IMG/VR virus record: IMGVR_UViG_3300032124_000002
Coordinates: 15,455-79,454 of that record
From: a virus
Strand: one strand, 5' to 3'
DNA length: 64,000 bases
Shown here: piece after piece, positions 20,287 through 30,414 of the stretch
Numbering within the stretch: position 1 is the stretch's first letter
Layout of the letters: each line of letters opens with the position of its first letter
Notes under the pieces: model-generated
Seen by the model: the letters and a program-made list of their open reading frames with translations, nothing else
The model's database searches: none
Told to the model about the DNA's origin: nothing
Position numbers and translations under genes: made by a program

Positions 20287-20863
20287 CCAGACCCCTGAGA
20301 GCGTGTCATCGCAGGGTAACGCCATATTATCGCTGCTACATTCAGCGCTGAAAGGAATGACTTTTGTCGATATTGTTCTGGTTAGGGAGGTTGAAGGCAA
20401 CGTGTTGACCGTTCTCCCCCTGGTTAATGATGTAGACGTATCAGGCCGGGCCATTGCTAATCAGGACGTTTACCAGATCCCATACCTCAGACTTCAGGCG
20501 GGAAACAGCGCGGTAAAAATGGAGCCAAGGCCAGGAGACATTGGTCTGGTTGTTATCTGCGACAAGGACACCACGAACGTTAGGGAAACCAGATCAGAGG
20601 GGCCCGCACCAACTCAGCGCCGCCACTCGTATTCCGATGCGATGTACATAACCGCAATAGCCAGCATGAATGGGGAACCTACTGAATTTGCTGAATTTAC
20701 TGGAAGTGGCATAAATATAAAAAGCCCTGGCGTGGTTAACATCAATGGCTTGAAAGTCCACTCAGATGGCAAACTTGAGCTTGTCGATGGCTCTATCGTT
20801 GATGGGCATGACCATGGCGGGGTAATATCAGGGGGAAGCCGAACCGATCCCCTGGAGCCGTGA
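20270..20863 (+). CDS. Baseplate spike (Gp138-like)
   Basis: OB-fold N-terminus, RRHSYSDA, and C-terminal HDHGGV metal-binding tip. Confidence 0.85.
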   Translation: MKMLTNQTPESVSSQGNAILSLLHSALKGMTFVDIVLVREVEGNVLTVLPLVNDVDVSGRAIANQDVYQIPYLRLQAGNSAVKMEPRPGDIGLVVICDKDTTNVRETRSEGPAPTQRRHSYSDAMYITAIASMNGEPTEFAEFTGSGINIKSPGVVNINGLKVHSDGKLELVDGSIVDGHDHGGVISGGSRTDPLEP

Positions 20864-21651
20864 TGAAAAAATTAATAGTCATTTCAGCATTTATCCTTTT
20901 TGCCTTATCTCCGCCAGCCATATCAAAGCAGATAACATCACATTTAAAAATGGTTGATGGCTATTTTAATGGAATTCTCACGGAAAATGATGACGAGCCG
21001 ATATGGTTTGGTATCTTAGAGTTTGACTTTTTGGGCAGCCAGCACCTAACCTGCAGAATGGACTCAATGCATACCTCCGGAGATGTACCGGACAGGATGT
21101 CGTCAGTTAACTACCGTTGCCAAAACGGGTTTTCTGTCCAGCTATCAAAAAAAGAAAATGAAAGGTACGCTACTTTAAGCCTACAAAACATAAACTTCGA
21201 CAGTGGCGATGAAAGGCAGTTAGGTAGTTACAAGGTTACCTCTTCAATCCCTTTAACGATGATTGAAAATAATAAATATAATGATGATTTGTTCAATAAG
21301 AGGAACGCCGAGAGGGAGCGATGGATAAAGGAAAATACTGTTGACGTTTTTTCAGCGTGCGACATTATTATGTCATCCCACCTTCTGGCTTATCAAATGG
21401 TAAATACTGGAACACAAAATAACAGCGCAGGCAGGAATGAAATAAGGGATGCGCTGTCAAAACTTTACCCAAAAAATGCGGATGAAATGGCACAATCCTT
21501 TATAAGCTTTCACTCTGGCGACAAAGAGCCTTTCGGTATGCCGCTTACATTTGGAGTTAAGGGGCGCATGATTAAAATGTGCATGGATCAGCCTGGTGAT
21601 TACATTCCTGAGTTTGGCTCACTGGTCATGTCAGGTAAAATATTCAGATAA
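20860..21651 (+). CDS. AT-rich exported hypothetical protein (moron inside the baseplate cluster)
   Basis: Sec-type signal MMKKLIVISAFILFALSPPAIS; composition shift; own terminator. Confidence 0.75.
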   Translation: MMKKLIVISAFILFALSPPAISKQITSHLKMVDGYFNGILTENDDEPIWFGILEFDFLGSQHLTCRMDSMHTSGDVPDRMSSVNYRCQNGFSVQLSKKENERYATLSLQNINFDSGDERQLGSYKVTSSIPLTMIENNKYNDDLFNKRNAERERWIKENTVDVFSACDIIMSSHLLAYQMVNTGTQNNSAGRNEIRDALSKLYPKNADEMAQSFISFHSGDKEPFGMPLTFGVKGRMIKMCMDQPGDYIPEFGSLVMSGKIFR

Positions 21652-21689
21652 AAGTTTCTTATTTATAAACCACAGTAATTAAACAATAG

Positions 21690-21713
21690 ACCTCGCTTCG
21701 GCGGGGTTTTTTT
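21690..21713 (+). terminator. Intrinsic terminator after the moron
   Basis: acctcgc-ttcg-gcggggt plus T-tract. Confidence 0.75.
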
Positions 21714-21726
21714 ATGGGCGAAATCC

Positions 21727-22083
21727 ATGAAAACAATATCTCTCAAACTTGACCCCGATACCTGGGATCTTGTCCTTGATGAGCTGGGTAATATCGCCAC
21801 GGTTGAAAATCCCTACGCCTGTGCTCAGGACGTAGCGACGGCATGCCTGGCCATACGCGGCGAGTGCATTTACGAAAAAGACACCGGCGTTAATTACAAA
21901 GAGCTTCTGAACGTCAAGGCCAGCACCGGCGCCATGGCAGCCGCGCTTCAGGTTGAAGCGTTGCGGATGAGCTATATCGCGCGCGCTGAGCCGACGCTGA
22001 TTAACAACCGCGATACGCGCCGCACTACCGGCGTTATTGCGATCGTGGATACCAACGGCCTGGATTCCAGCGTCACCCTGTGA
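21727..22083 (+). CDS. Baseplate wedge protein (gp25/GpW-like)
   Basis: AQDVATACLAIRGECIYEKDTGV motif; precedes baseplate J. Confidence 0.78.
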   Translation: MKTISLKLDPDTWDLVLDELGNIATVENPYACAQDVATACLAIRGECIYEKDTGVNYKELLNVKASTGAMAAALQVEALRMSYIARAEPTLINNRDTRRTTGVIAIVDTNGLDSSVTL

Positions 22084-22090
22084 GGAAAAA

Positions 22091-23323
22091 ATGACGACAA
22101 TCTCTACGGCGGTACCGGCCGTGACCTTTTCCACCACTGGCCTTGATGTTCCGGATGAGGGAGACATTCTTGCCGGGCGTATAGCAGATATTGGTTCTGC
22201 ATTCGGGACGGCGATGAGCACGAACCTCAAGACGCCGCAGGGGCAACTGGCTGTCACTGATACTGCAATCATCGCAGACAAGAACGATCAGCTTCTGGCT
22301 ATCGTCAACAACATGAACCCGGACTTTTCCTCCGGCAGATTTCAGGATGGCATCGGCAGGATTTACTTCCTCGATCGCATTGCTGCTGCGGGTACAGTTG
22401 TAACGGCCACATGCTCCGGCGTACCGGGAACGGTGATCCCGGCGCAGTCCTATGCAACCGACGATAACGGTTATATGTACGTGTCCCTGGCGGCCGGAAC
22501 GATTGGCGCCGACGGGACGGTAAAGATCGAGTTCCAGAACCTGACTACCGGGCCGATAGCTTGTCCCATCGGTACGCTGACAAACATCTATGTCGCGGTA
22601 AGTGGCTGGTCGAGTATCACCAACGAGACCGCGGGTGTACCGGGCTCGAATGTTGAAGGGCGATCTGCATTTGAGTATCGCCGTCGCCAGTCAGTGGCAC
22701 GTAACGCCTTCAACACGGCAGCGGCTGTGCGGGCTGCTGTCCTGGAAGTCGATGGGGTACTTGATGTTTATGTGATCGACAACAAAGAGCCGACTTCTGT
22801 CGAAAAAGGTTCCACGAATTACACGCTGCTTGCCAGCTCGATTTATATCGGGGTTTATGGCGGGGCAGTGGCAGACATTGCAGCGGCCATCAATAAAAAA
22901 CTTCCCCCGGGCACCGTTATGAACGGTGACACCACCGGGACCGTGCAGGATACCGAAAATTATGACGCCCCTTATCCGGAGTACACCTACAGGTGGAAAA
23001 CGCTGGACGCGGTGAGTGTTCATATCAAGGTGGAATACGAGGCAAATGATGGCCTTCCGTCAGATATCAACGCGCAGATCAGAACGGTCGTCCTGAATGC
23101 CTTTACCGGCGCAGATGGCGGCACCCGGGCGCGTGCCGGCGCGCGAATTTATGGCAGCCGCTATATCGGACCCATTCAGGCGCTTGATGCACAGAACATG
23201 AACGTTCTTTCGGTCCAGATCTCTCTGGACGGAACCACCTGGTCTAGTGCGCTGACTATGGGGATAGATCAGGAGCCGACTCTCGATGCGACAAACATCA
23301 TAACGGAGGCGGTAAGTGAATAA
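22091..23323 (+). CDS. Baseplate J-like protein
   Basis: TPQGQLA and GRFQDGIGRIY motifs; GAGG RBS before ATG 22091. Confidence 0.88.
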   Translation: MTTISTAVPAVTFSTTGLDVPDEGDILAGRIADIGSAFGTAMSTNLKTPQGQLAVTDTAIIADKNDQLLAIVNNMNPDFSSGRFQDGIGRIYFLDRIAAAGTVVTATCSGVPGTVIPAQSYATDDNGYMYVSLAAGTIGADGTVKIEFQNLTTGPIACPIGTLTNIYVAVSGWSSITNETAGVPGSNVEGRSAFEYRRRQSVARNAFNTAAAVRAAVLEVDGVLDVYVIDNKEPTSVEKGSTNYTLLASSIYIGVYGGAVADIAAAINKKLPPGTVMNGDTTGTVQDTENYDAPYPEYTYRWKTLDAVSVHIKVEYEANDGLPSDINAQIRTVVLNAFTGADGGTRARAGARIYGSRYIGPIQALDAQNMNVLSVQISLDGTTWSSALTMGIDQEPTLDATNIITEAVSE

Positions 23324-23903
23324 TGTCGACTGGACGATCTACGCGCAGTACGTGAACTCAACCAGCCTGCGGTCACTGATTGACACCTTTAACGCTTCTG
23401 TAGCGCCAGAGGACTGGATAGACACGTTCTATGACCTCGTATTCAACATCGAGACCTGCGGCGATTACGGGCTGATGTGCTGGGGTAAAATCGTTGATGT
23501 AGAGCGTTTGCTGACTGTGACGCCATCCCAGCAGTTCCTGGGGTTTGGCGAAGCGACCAGCACCCCGGCAGAACTCACCGACCCGCAACCCTTTAACCAG
23601 GCGCCTTTCTATACCGGCGTGCAGGACACGAACACTGTTGTCCTGACCAATGATGCATACCGCAAGCTGATCATGTGCAAAGCGATGGCGAACATCAGCG
23701 ACTGCACCGTGCCCGTCATGAATCGCATGCTGATGTACATGTTCGGAGCCAGTGGGCGAGCTTACGTGCGTGACGATGGCAACCATGTCATGAGCTACGT
23801 ATTTGAGTTCCAACTTTCCGATTCGGAGCTGGCCATAGTGCAAAGCTCCGGCGCGCTTCCTTCCCCTCCCGGGGTAAAAGTTAACATCGTTCAGGAGGTC
23901 TGA
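23316..23903 (+). CDS. Baseplate wedge/tail protein (DUF2612)
   Basis: GLMCWGKIV and YRKLIMCKAMAN motifs. Confidence 0.85.
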   Translation: MNNVDWTIYAQYVNSTSLRSLIDTFNASVAPEDWIDTFYDLVFNIETCGDYGLMCWGKIVDVERLLTVTPSQQFLGFGEATSTPAELTDPQPFNQAPFYTGVQDTNTVVLTNDAYRKLIMCKAMANISDCTVPVMNRMLMYMFGASGRAYVRDDGNHVMSYVFEFQLSDSELAIVQSSGALPSPPGVKVNIVQEV

Positions 23904-23904
23904 A

Positions 23905-25035
23905 TTGAATAATTCAGCCATACCGTCACGTCTGACGGTTGTATTTTCTGCGAGCGGCGACAAAAACACGATCCCGGTCAATTCCACCTCTGAAACGCTG
24001 GCTGACGGCCTGGCGGCGATGGATTCCGGTTTCCCGCCGCTGACCCGTATTGCACTTTCTGCCGGCGGTAAGCCGCCAAGAGGTCAGGACTTTAACGGCA
24101 TTTTTAATGACGTTTACACTCGCCTGCAATGGTCGGCAGCTGGGGCGGGGTATCCGTTTAGTAACGAATTCAGCACTGCAATTTCCGGATATCCAAAGGG
24201 GGCTATTGTTCCTGCTTCTGATTACTCAGGGGGATGGTTGAACCTGAACAACGGAAATACAGTGAACCCTGAATCACTTTCAGGAGCTCCTACCGGATGG
24301 GTTCCTAATAGCTCATACGGGATCACAGCCATTTCTGGCATTTCAGGATCCAGTATTACCCTATCTTCCCTGCAGGCCGCAAAAGAACGAATTATTCTGA
24401 CTGGGACATTAACTGCAAATATTAATCTGATTTTTCCAGAATGGATAAAAGGATGGGTAGTTCATAATAACTGTACAGGACCATACTCTATAACCTGTAA
24501 AACATCTTCTGGTAGTGGTGTCGTTGTAATTCCAGGACTGGTATCTAGAATATTCTGTGATGGAGTAAATATCACTGATGAAACCATGTCCACACAAACC
24601 GATCTAGTTGGTAGTGTCGTCGGATTTGCCGTTAATACACCCCCTGCTGGGTGGCTTGCTGCTAATGGGCAAGCGGTAAGCAGAAATATTTACGCAAGAC
24701 TTTTCTTAAGAATTGGAACTTTGTGGGGTGCTGGCGATGGAAGTACCACATTTAACCTTCCTGATTATCGCGGTGAATTTATAAGAGGCTGGGACAATGG
24801 CAGGGGAGTAGATCCTGGAAGGGGGCTTGCCACCCCTCAAAATGCAACCCAAATTGTAGATTACGCCGGAAGTGCAGATGGTAGCGCTATTCAAGTAGGA
24901 ATAATTAACGGAGAAGGAAGTTCACCTGATAGCACATGGCAAAGATATAGAGGTACAGCCACTTCCTCTTATGGTGCGAACCGTATTTCAGTCAGACCCA
25001 GGAATATCGCAGCTCTTTACTGCATAAAATTCTAA
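23905..25035 (+). CDS. Tail fibre with tail-collar domain
   Basis: GFPPLT..AGGKPP N-terminus; PPAGWLAANGQAVSR..GAGDGSTTFNLPDYRGEFIRGWDNGRGVD collar motif. Confidence 0.88.
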   Translation: MNNSAIPSRLTVVFSASGDKNTIPVNSTSETLADGLAAMDSGFPPLTRIALSAGGKPPRGQDFNGIFNDVYTRLQWSAAGAGYPFSNEFSTAISGYPKGAIVPASDYSGGWLNLNNGNTVNPESLSGAPTGWVPNSSYGITAISGISGSSITLSSLQAAKERIILTGTLTANINLIFPEWIKGWVVHNNCTGPYSITCKTSSGSGVVVIPGLVSRIFCDGVNITDETMSTQTDLVGSVVGFAVNTPPAGWLAANGQAVSRNIYARLFLRIGTLWGAGDGSTTFNLPDYRGEFIRGWDNGRGVDPGRGLATPQNATQIVDYAGSADGSAIQVGIINGEGSSPDSTWQRYRGTATSSYGANRISVRPRNIAALYCIKF

Positions 25036-25072
25036 CTTCTCCATATTAAGTAAAATTACCAAAGGATTCGCT

Positions 25073-27913
25073 ATGGCGATTACTGACACACAGCAAACGG
25101 CGCAGTTCGCGGCAGAGGCGGCCGTGAGTGCCGCAGAGGCAAAACAGTATCTGATCGAGATCCAGCAGGGCTATCAGGATATTAGCGCCACCACTCAGGA
25201 AGCGATTAATGCAGCTACTGCGGCAGAGGCATCGAAAATCGCAGCAGAAACTGCTGAGCAAAATTCGTCTGCTTCGGCCGTTGCCTCATCCGAATCGGCA
25301 ACGGCAGCCGCAGGTTCAGCTGCACAGGCCGAAGAGTACAAGAATGATGCCTCTGAATATGCACTGAATAAGTTCACGTTCTATAAAACACCGAGCGATC
25401 CGGACGGTACAATTGCAGGCCTCGCTGCCACTACAAACGGTCAGTCATTCCGCGTAGCGGAAGGGCCGGAAGCGACAGCAGCATTCAAAACCTACGAGAA
25501 CCAGGATGGCGTAGCTGTGTTACAGGCCTCTCAGCCAGGTACAGCGGCTATAACCGGGACAATCCGCGAATTTCCCACGCTGGCGGCGGCACAGGCTGAT
25601 GCTGATGCCGGCAATATACCGACCGGATCAACGGCGTATTACCGCATCCCGGATGACAGCACCCTCGCGATTGAGGTCATGAACGTCAGCGGGACGCTGA
25701 CCGCCACAGGCAGAGAAATGCCGTCACAACAATTATTGAGCGATCTGGCATCGGGATTGTACCCATTAACGGCATCGGGTATCTGGGAGATTACCAGTAA
25801 CCTGGTCATTTTCTCTGGAGGTGCAACGGGAACTTATTCCGACTATGATGCTTATTTTTTACCCTGTGAGCCAGGGGATGTAGTCAGTTATTTTGGCGTC
25901 ATAAATACGGCAACGGCGAACCAGGTTAACGCATGGCTTATACAGTGTGACGGCAATAAAAACTACGTATCAGATATCGCCACTCACATATCGGATGGAA
26001 GCGGCACCGGGCAGGGAACGGTCAGCGGGAAAGCTACGCAAACTGGTTATGTATATGTCAGGGTGAAAAAATCCGCGAATCCCGGGTGGAAGATAGGATT
26101 CCTTGAAAAGCGACTGGTTACTACGGAGGACGTAGGGGGCGCTGGCGGTGTGGCAGAATATGACGTGGTTAAGGGGATTGCTGATAACGGAAAAACCATT
26201 AACTATACAGGGAATTCCGATTATTACACTGTAGGCGTTGTTATGCTGCTTAACGGCGGCATAAATACCGCAGCAGGTACTGACTGGCTGGCTTATTACG
26301 TGCCGGTGAAGGAGGGAGATGAGATAACCATGGAGGGTACATACGGTTCACTTCAGAGTGGGCAGCAAATGGCCTATTTCATCCAACTTGATGCCGACAA
26401 GAATTTTGTGAAACCACTGGATATTTATGTTTCCACCGGGTCAACAGACGTTCAACTCACCCGTAGTGCAGTCGCATCGCAGGATGGGGTCATGTACGTT
26501 CGTGTGCGCCGTTCCTTGAACAACGAAGTGAAACCTTACTCTGTTATGGGATTCCAGCGTCCATACCAGCTTCTCCAGGATGTTGCAAAAATTCGCTCTG
26601 ACGTTGATGAGCTTATGAGTGGGAGTGCGCCGATTGCCGGACAAACTCCTTTCATTGGTGCGTCGTTGGATTTGTTGCCCGTTAAGTTTGGCAATATGTA
26701 TAACTACAACTCTGCAGCCTTCATTCAGAATAATGTGGTAAAGGCCGGAGGGTATATTTATATCTGTGGTAATGCGCAAGGGCAGCGTCCGTATGTATTT
26801 AAGAAGAGCATTAATGGTGGAGCCTGGAGTTACTTTGACCTGACGAATGTTGACGGGAACCCGCTGGCCAGGCCCACGGCAGATGACAGCCATAACGCCT
26901 ACTGCATGACCGTGACAAAAGACGGCTATATTATCATTTCAGGTAATATGCACGCCGACCCTTGCAGGGCTGTAATCTCTAACAATCCTCATGACATCAA
27001 CTCATGGTCATCAATAACTTACAGCGATAACGCTGAGATAACCTATCCACGGCTGACGTTGTTCCCGAACGGCAAGACTCGGGTATTCTGGAGGGAGGGG
27101 TCTAGCCAGGCTGGGCAGTATTACACAGCATCGTTTAATGATTCAACCAAGGCCTTCGAAGCCAAGGTAAAGCTGATTGAAACAAATCTTACTGTGAACG
27201 CCTACGAACAGCGGATTGGAATTGGTTTGGATAACTCCATTCATCTGTGCTGGGGATACAGAAGCGCGTCATCTTCCGCTGACAGCAATTACGGGCTATT
27301 TTATGCGAAAAGTATGGATAATGGTCTTACGTGGACCAATGCTGACGGAACGATAAACTATCCATTACCTCTCAATGAAGCTAACTGCGAAAAAATAGCA
27401 GATATCGCGCAATCATCTGGTTATGTGAACCAGAATGGAGGGGCGGTTGACAGGGACGGGAAATATCATACTTGCCTCTGGCAGCATGACAGCAATAATA
27501 ACACTCAAATCATGCACATCTGGTTTGATGGAACGACCTGGCAGATCGAGCAGGTAACTAACTTTAATTTTCACATTAATACATCCGATGCGTACATGGA
27601 TGGGTCAATGAGCAGGCCATTGATTGCATGTACTCGCTACGGTAAGACGTATGTTTTTTACCGGACAAACAAAGGCGGAATGGAGGGTGAGGTTAGGGTT
27701 ATTGACGTGACAACTCCGGGCTCTCCTGTAGAGTTCATCCTTGCCAGGTTCAACTATGGATTCCTGGAACTGTCTCTGAATACTGACATCATTCTAAATG
27801 ATAACAACGTTATGATGCTGGCTACTCGCGGAGCAATTGGTACAGCTCAGGGGAACTCCAGATATTTCTATACGGCTGAATCAGCCTATCTGATGACGGC
27901 AGCATTGCCATAA
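25073..27913 (+). CDS. Tail spike/receptor-binding protein: conserved anchor, beta-sandwich modules and a BNR_4-like beta-propeller
   Basis: Ala-rich anchor with PDGTIAGLAATTNGQSFRV; C-terminal DDSHN..GNMH..TYPRL..SMDNGLTW motifs. Confidence 0.8.
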   Translation: MAITDTQQTAQFAAEAAVSAAEAKQYLIEIQQGYQDISATTQEAINAATAAEASKIAAETAEQNSSASAVASSESATAAAGSAAQAEEYKNDASEYALNKFTFYKTPSDPDGTIAGLAATTNGQSFRVAEGPEATAAFKTYENQDGVAVLQASQPGTAAITGTIREFPTLAAAQADADAGNIPTGSTAYYRIPDDSTLAIEVMNVSGTLTATGREMPSQQLLSDLASGLYPLTASGIWEITSNLVIFSGGATGTYSDYDAYFLPCEPGDVVSYFGVINTATANQVNAWLIQCDGNKNYVSDIATHISDGSGTGQGTVSGKATQTGYVYVRVKKSANPGWKIGFLEKRLVTTEDVGGAGGVAEYDVVKGIADNGKTINYTGNSDYYTVGVVMLLNGGINTAAGTDWLAYYVPVKEGDEITMEGTYGSLQSGQQMAYFIQLDADKNFVKPLDIYVSTGSTDVQLTRSAVASQDGVMYVRVRRSLNNEVKPYSVMGFQRPYQLLQDVAKIRSDVDELMSGSAPIAGQTPFIGASLDLLPVKFGNMYNYNSAAFIQNNVVKAGGYIYICGNAQGQRPYVFKKSINGGAWSYFDLTNVDGNPLARPTADDSHNAYCMTVTKDGYIIISGNMHADPCRAVISNNPHDINSWSSITYSDNAEITYPRLTLFPNGKTRVFWREGSSQAGQYYTASFNDSTKAFEAKVKLIETNLTVNAYEQRIGIGLDNSIHLCWGYRSASSSADSNYGLFYAKSMDNGLTWTNADGTINYPLPLNEANCEKIADIAQSSGYVNQNGGAVDRDGKYHTCLWQHDSNNNTQIMHIWFDGTTWQIEQVTNFNFHINTSDAYMDGSMSRPLIACTRYGKTYVFYRTNKGGMEGEVRVIDVTTPGSPVEFILARFNYGFLELSLNTDIILNDNNVMMLATRGAIGTAQGNSRYFYTAESAYLMTAALP

Positions 27914-27924
27914 TTTAGTAGCTC

Positions 27925-27958
27925 GCGGCCATCATGTAATTTGATGGCCGCAAAAAAA
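27925..27958. terminator. Terminator between convergent genes
   Basis: gcggccatca/tgatggccgc stem followed by A7. Confidence 0.7.
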
Positions 27959-27983
27959 TTTTATAAAATGTTTTAGTAACTTG

Positions 27984-28313
27984 TTATTTAATTAAATCAT
28001 TTATGACTGAACTTACCTTTTTGATTACAGCAAGGGACCATGACATTGTCATGTGATTGCTATCAAACATGAAAGGCGTTCCAGATTTATCAACATAAGA
28101 ACAATCACTGGCGCTGCAACCATAATTATATATATCGATATATTTTATGTTTGTGCCAGAAAGTGCAGTAGCTAACGAGGAGTTGAAGTCTTTAATGTCA
28201 ATTAACTCTTGCGATGCAATGCCTTTTTCATTTCCAACCTGTACTGTTCTGTACATCGGGTATTTGAAAATTTTTGTCTGTCCAATAAAGAACACGTTTT
28301 TAACTGATTTTGT
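27984..28313 (-). pseudogene. C-terminal SGNH-domain remnant of an acyltransferase-3/SGNH (OafA/OafB-like) gene
   Basis: Ends ..C...C....GTPFMFDSNHMT (DxxH); frame closed upstream at 28314-28316 with no RBS or start. Confidence 0.65.
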
Positions 28314-28527
28314 TTACGTTGTGCTGGATATCTCCCTGAAGCCAAAGCAGGGTAGTCAGGTTCTGATCCAGCACGGCGGCGGGACGGAGCTTGCCACGCT
28401 GAGAGGAAAATCGCTGATAACCGAAGATGGCGAAGCGATCGAGGGAGATGCTCTCGCCGATGTCACTGTCATCGGCGTCGTGACGTTCACTATATGCGAT
28501 GTTCGTTCTGATAATTCTATTATTTAA
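28314..28527 (+). pseudogene. C-terminal remnant of a conserved small phage protein
   Basis: YVVLDISLKPKQGSQVLIQHGGGTELATLRGKSLITEDGEAIEGDALADVTVIGVVTF resembles the second half of MGFPSP-type prophage proteins; N-terminus absent. Confidence 0.6.
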
Positions 28528-28538
28528 CTGGGGTATAT

Positions 28539-29219
28539 ATGGCGCTGACTCTATTAGCCAATAATAACGCAAAAAGTGTTCTCGCTGCTGGTATTAGCGC
28601 GTCCGCTACAGTTATTACCGTCGGTACGGGCGCGGGGGCTTTATTCCCCGTTCCGGTACCTGGCCAGAGTTATTTCAAATTAACGATAACCGATGCGGCC
28701 ACAAAAACCATTTCCGAAATCATGCATGTCACGTCTGTTTCTGGTGATGTGATGACGGTAATTCGTGGGCAGGAGGGGACCACTCCGCGCGTATGGTCAA
28801 CAAACGATATTGTTGCTAACTTGATGACCGCAGGAACTTTCACATCCTGCTTGCAAACTGCTAATAACCTCGCAGAAATAAAAGACGCTGGTAGCGAAGC
28901 TGTCGACCAGACGTTATCAAACTTAGGGTTTGCAAAGAGAATATTCGGCGCCTCTGATTATATAAGGATTCCAGATGTTGATGGAGGGCTGATTATTCAG
29001 TTTGGCGCCAATGCAATAAATCAAATCTCTGGGGTCATTGATTTTCCTATACCATTTCCAAATGCAGCGTTAGTTTTTGTTCCAGTGAAGAGATCTGGTT
29101 CAGCGCCACGATATGTGACCTATGACAATCTTACCAAAACAAATGTTGAGGTTTTTGGCTGGATACCATCAGGAGCTGGTAACGTGGATAACTTCAACTG
29201 GATAGCCATCGGTTACTGA
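28539..29219 (+). CDS. Second fibre-like protein with gp53-like C-terminal domain
   Basis: GLIIQFG..FPIPFPN..WIAIGY C-terminus. Confidence 0.75.
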   Translation: MALTLLANNNAKSVLAAGISASATVITVGTGAGALFPVPVPGQSYFKLTITDAATKTISEIMHVTSVSGDVMTVIRGQEGTTPRVWSTNDIVANLMTAGTFTSCLQTANNLAEIKDAGSEAVDQTLSNLGFAKRIFGASDYIRIPDVDGGLIIQFGANAINQISGVIDFPIPFPNAALVFVPVKRSGSAPRYVTYDNLTKTNVEVFGWIPSGAGNVDNFNWIAIGY

Positions 29220-29253
29220 TGGCTACTTATTATGAGATAATCCTCGTAATAGC

Positions 29254-30414
29254 TTACTCTCCTGCGCGTCCATCAATGTAGTCAGCCCACCACTGCATCA
29301 TCTCCCTGCGTTTATCCAGATACTGAGCATGGTTGTAAATTCCACGGATTGACCCGCTGGCGGTGTGCGCGAGTTGTTTTTCAATCGCATCCGCTGGCCA
29401 GCCATGCTCATTCATTATTGTGCTGAACTGGTGGCGGAATCCATGCCCGCTCGCCAGCCCCTCATAGCCAATCTGTCGAATAACTAATAATACGGCATTC
29501 TCGCTGATGGGCTTTTTCTTATCATTCCGCCCGGCGAACACAAAAGAGGAAACAGGGCTTGTGATCGGTTTGAGAGTATTCAGGAGATTTATTACCTGAT
29601 CTGACATCGGAACCACATGAACACGGCGCCCCTTCATTACCTCTTCGTCGATGGTTATCATCCTGTTTTCAAAGTCGACGTTTTCCCATTGCATAGAACG
29701 GAGCTCTTTTGTGCGCAGCGCCGTATATTGCAAAACCTGCGTGGCAATTTTCGAAATAATGCTTCCGGAAAAACCAGATAGCGCGTTATTGAATGCAGGT
29801 ATCTGATCTGCAGGAAGGAAAGGGTAATTTTTCTTTCTATATCCCTTCATGGCATCAGCAAGGTCAGGAGCCGGATTATATTTGGCCCTGCCTGTAACAA
29901 TCGCATACCTGAATACTTCCCCGCATCGTCTACGGGCTTTATTTGCCCTCTCCATTGCCCCACGCTCTTCAAACCTCCGGATCACCTCCAGTATCTGCAT
30001 CGGCTCAATGTCCTGTATTTCCAGATACCCGATCATCGGCAGAATATCGTCACGGAACATGCGAGAAAGTTCATCCGCATATCCTTCTGACCAAACCTGC
30101 CGCTTGTGGTCATGCCATTCATGATAAATAGCTGAAAATGAATTGTCCTTCACAGACAACTTTTTGGCTTTAACCGGATCGACCCCGACAGAAACATCCT
30201 TCCTTGCGGTCCACGCTTTATCCCTGGCTTCCTGTAATGACATGAGAGGGTATTTTCCCACTGTCAGCACCTTCTCTTTGCCGTCGAGCTTATAGCGCAA
30301 CTGCCACACCTTTTTGCCAGACACAGGAACGTACAGGTACAGGCCGTTGCTGTCGAGCATGCGGTATGGTTTGTCTTTAGGCTTGGCGGACTCTATCTGC
30401 TTAACGGTGAGCAT
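29254..30414 (-). CDS. intS: Tyrosine integrase, IntS/Sf6 type
   Basis: MLTVKQIESAKPKDKPYR..; catalytic R, HGFR, H, Y; near co-linear with E. coli IntS as recalled; next to the argW 3' end. Confidence 0.95.
   Translation of the reverse strand: MLTVKQIESAKPKDKPYRMLDSNGLYLYVPVSGKKVWQLRYKLDGKEKVLTVGKYPLMSLQEARDKAWTARKDVSVGVDPVKAKKLSVKDNSFSAIYHEWHDHKRQVWSEGYADELSRMFRDDILPMIGYLEIQDIEPMQILEVIRRFEERGAMERANKARRRCGEVFRYAIVTGRAKYNPAPDLADAMKGYRKKNYPFLPADQIPAFNNALSGFSGSIISKIATQVLQYTALRTKELRSMQWENVDFENRMITIDEEVMKGRRVHVVPMSDQVINLLNTLKPITSPVSSFVFAGRNDKKKPISENAVLLVIRQIGYEGLASGHGFRHQFSTIMNEHGWPADAIEKQLAHTASGSIRGIYNHAQYLDKRREMMQWWADYIDGRAGE

Noticed and set aside
23905-29219. Tail-fibre shufflon or diversity-generating retroelement
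   Set aside because: No invertase, reverse transcriptase, inverted crossover sites or TR/VR pair seen
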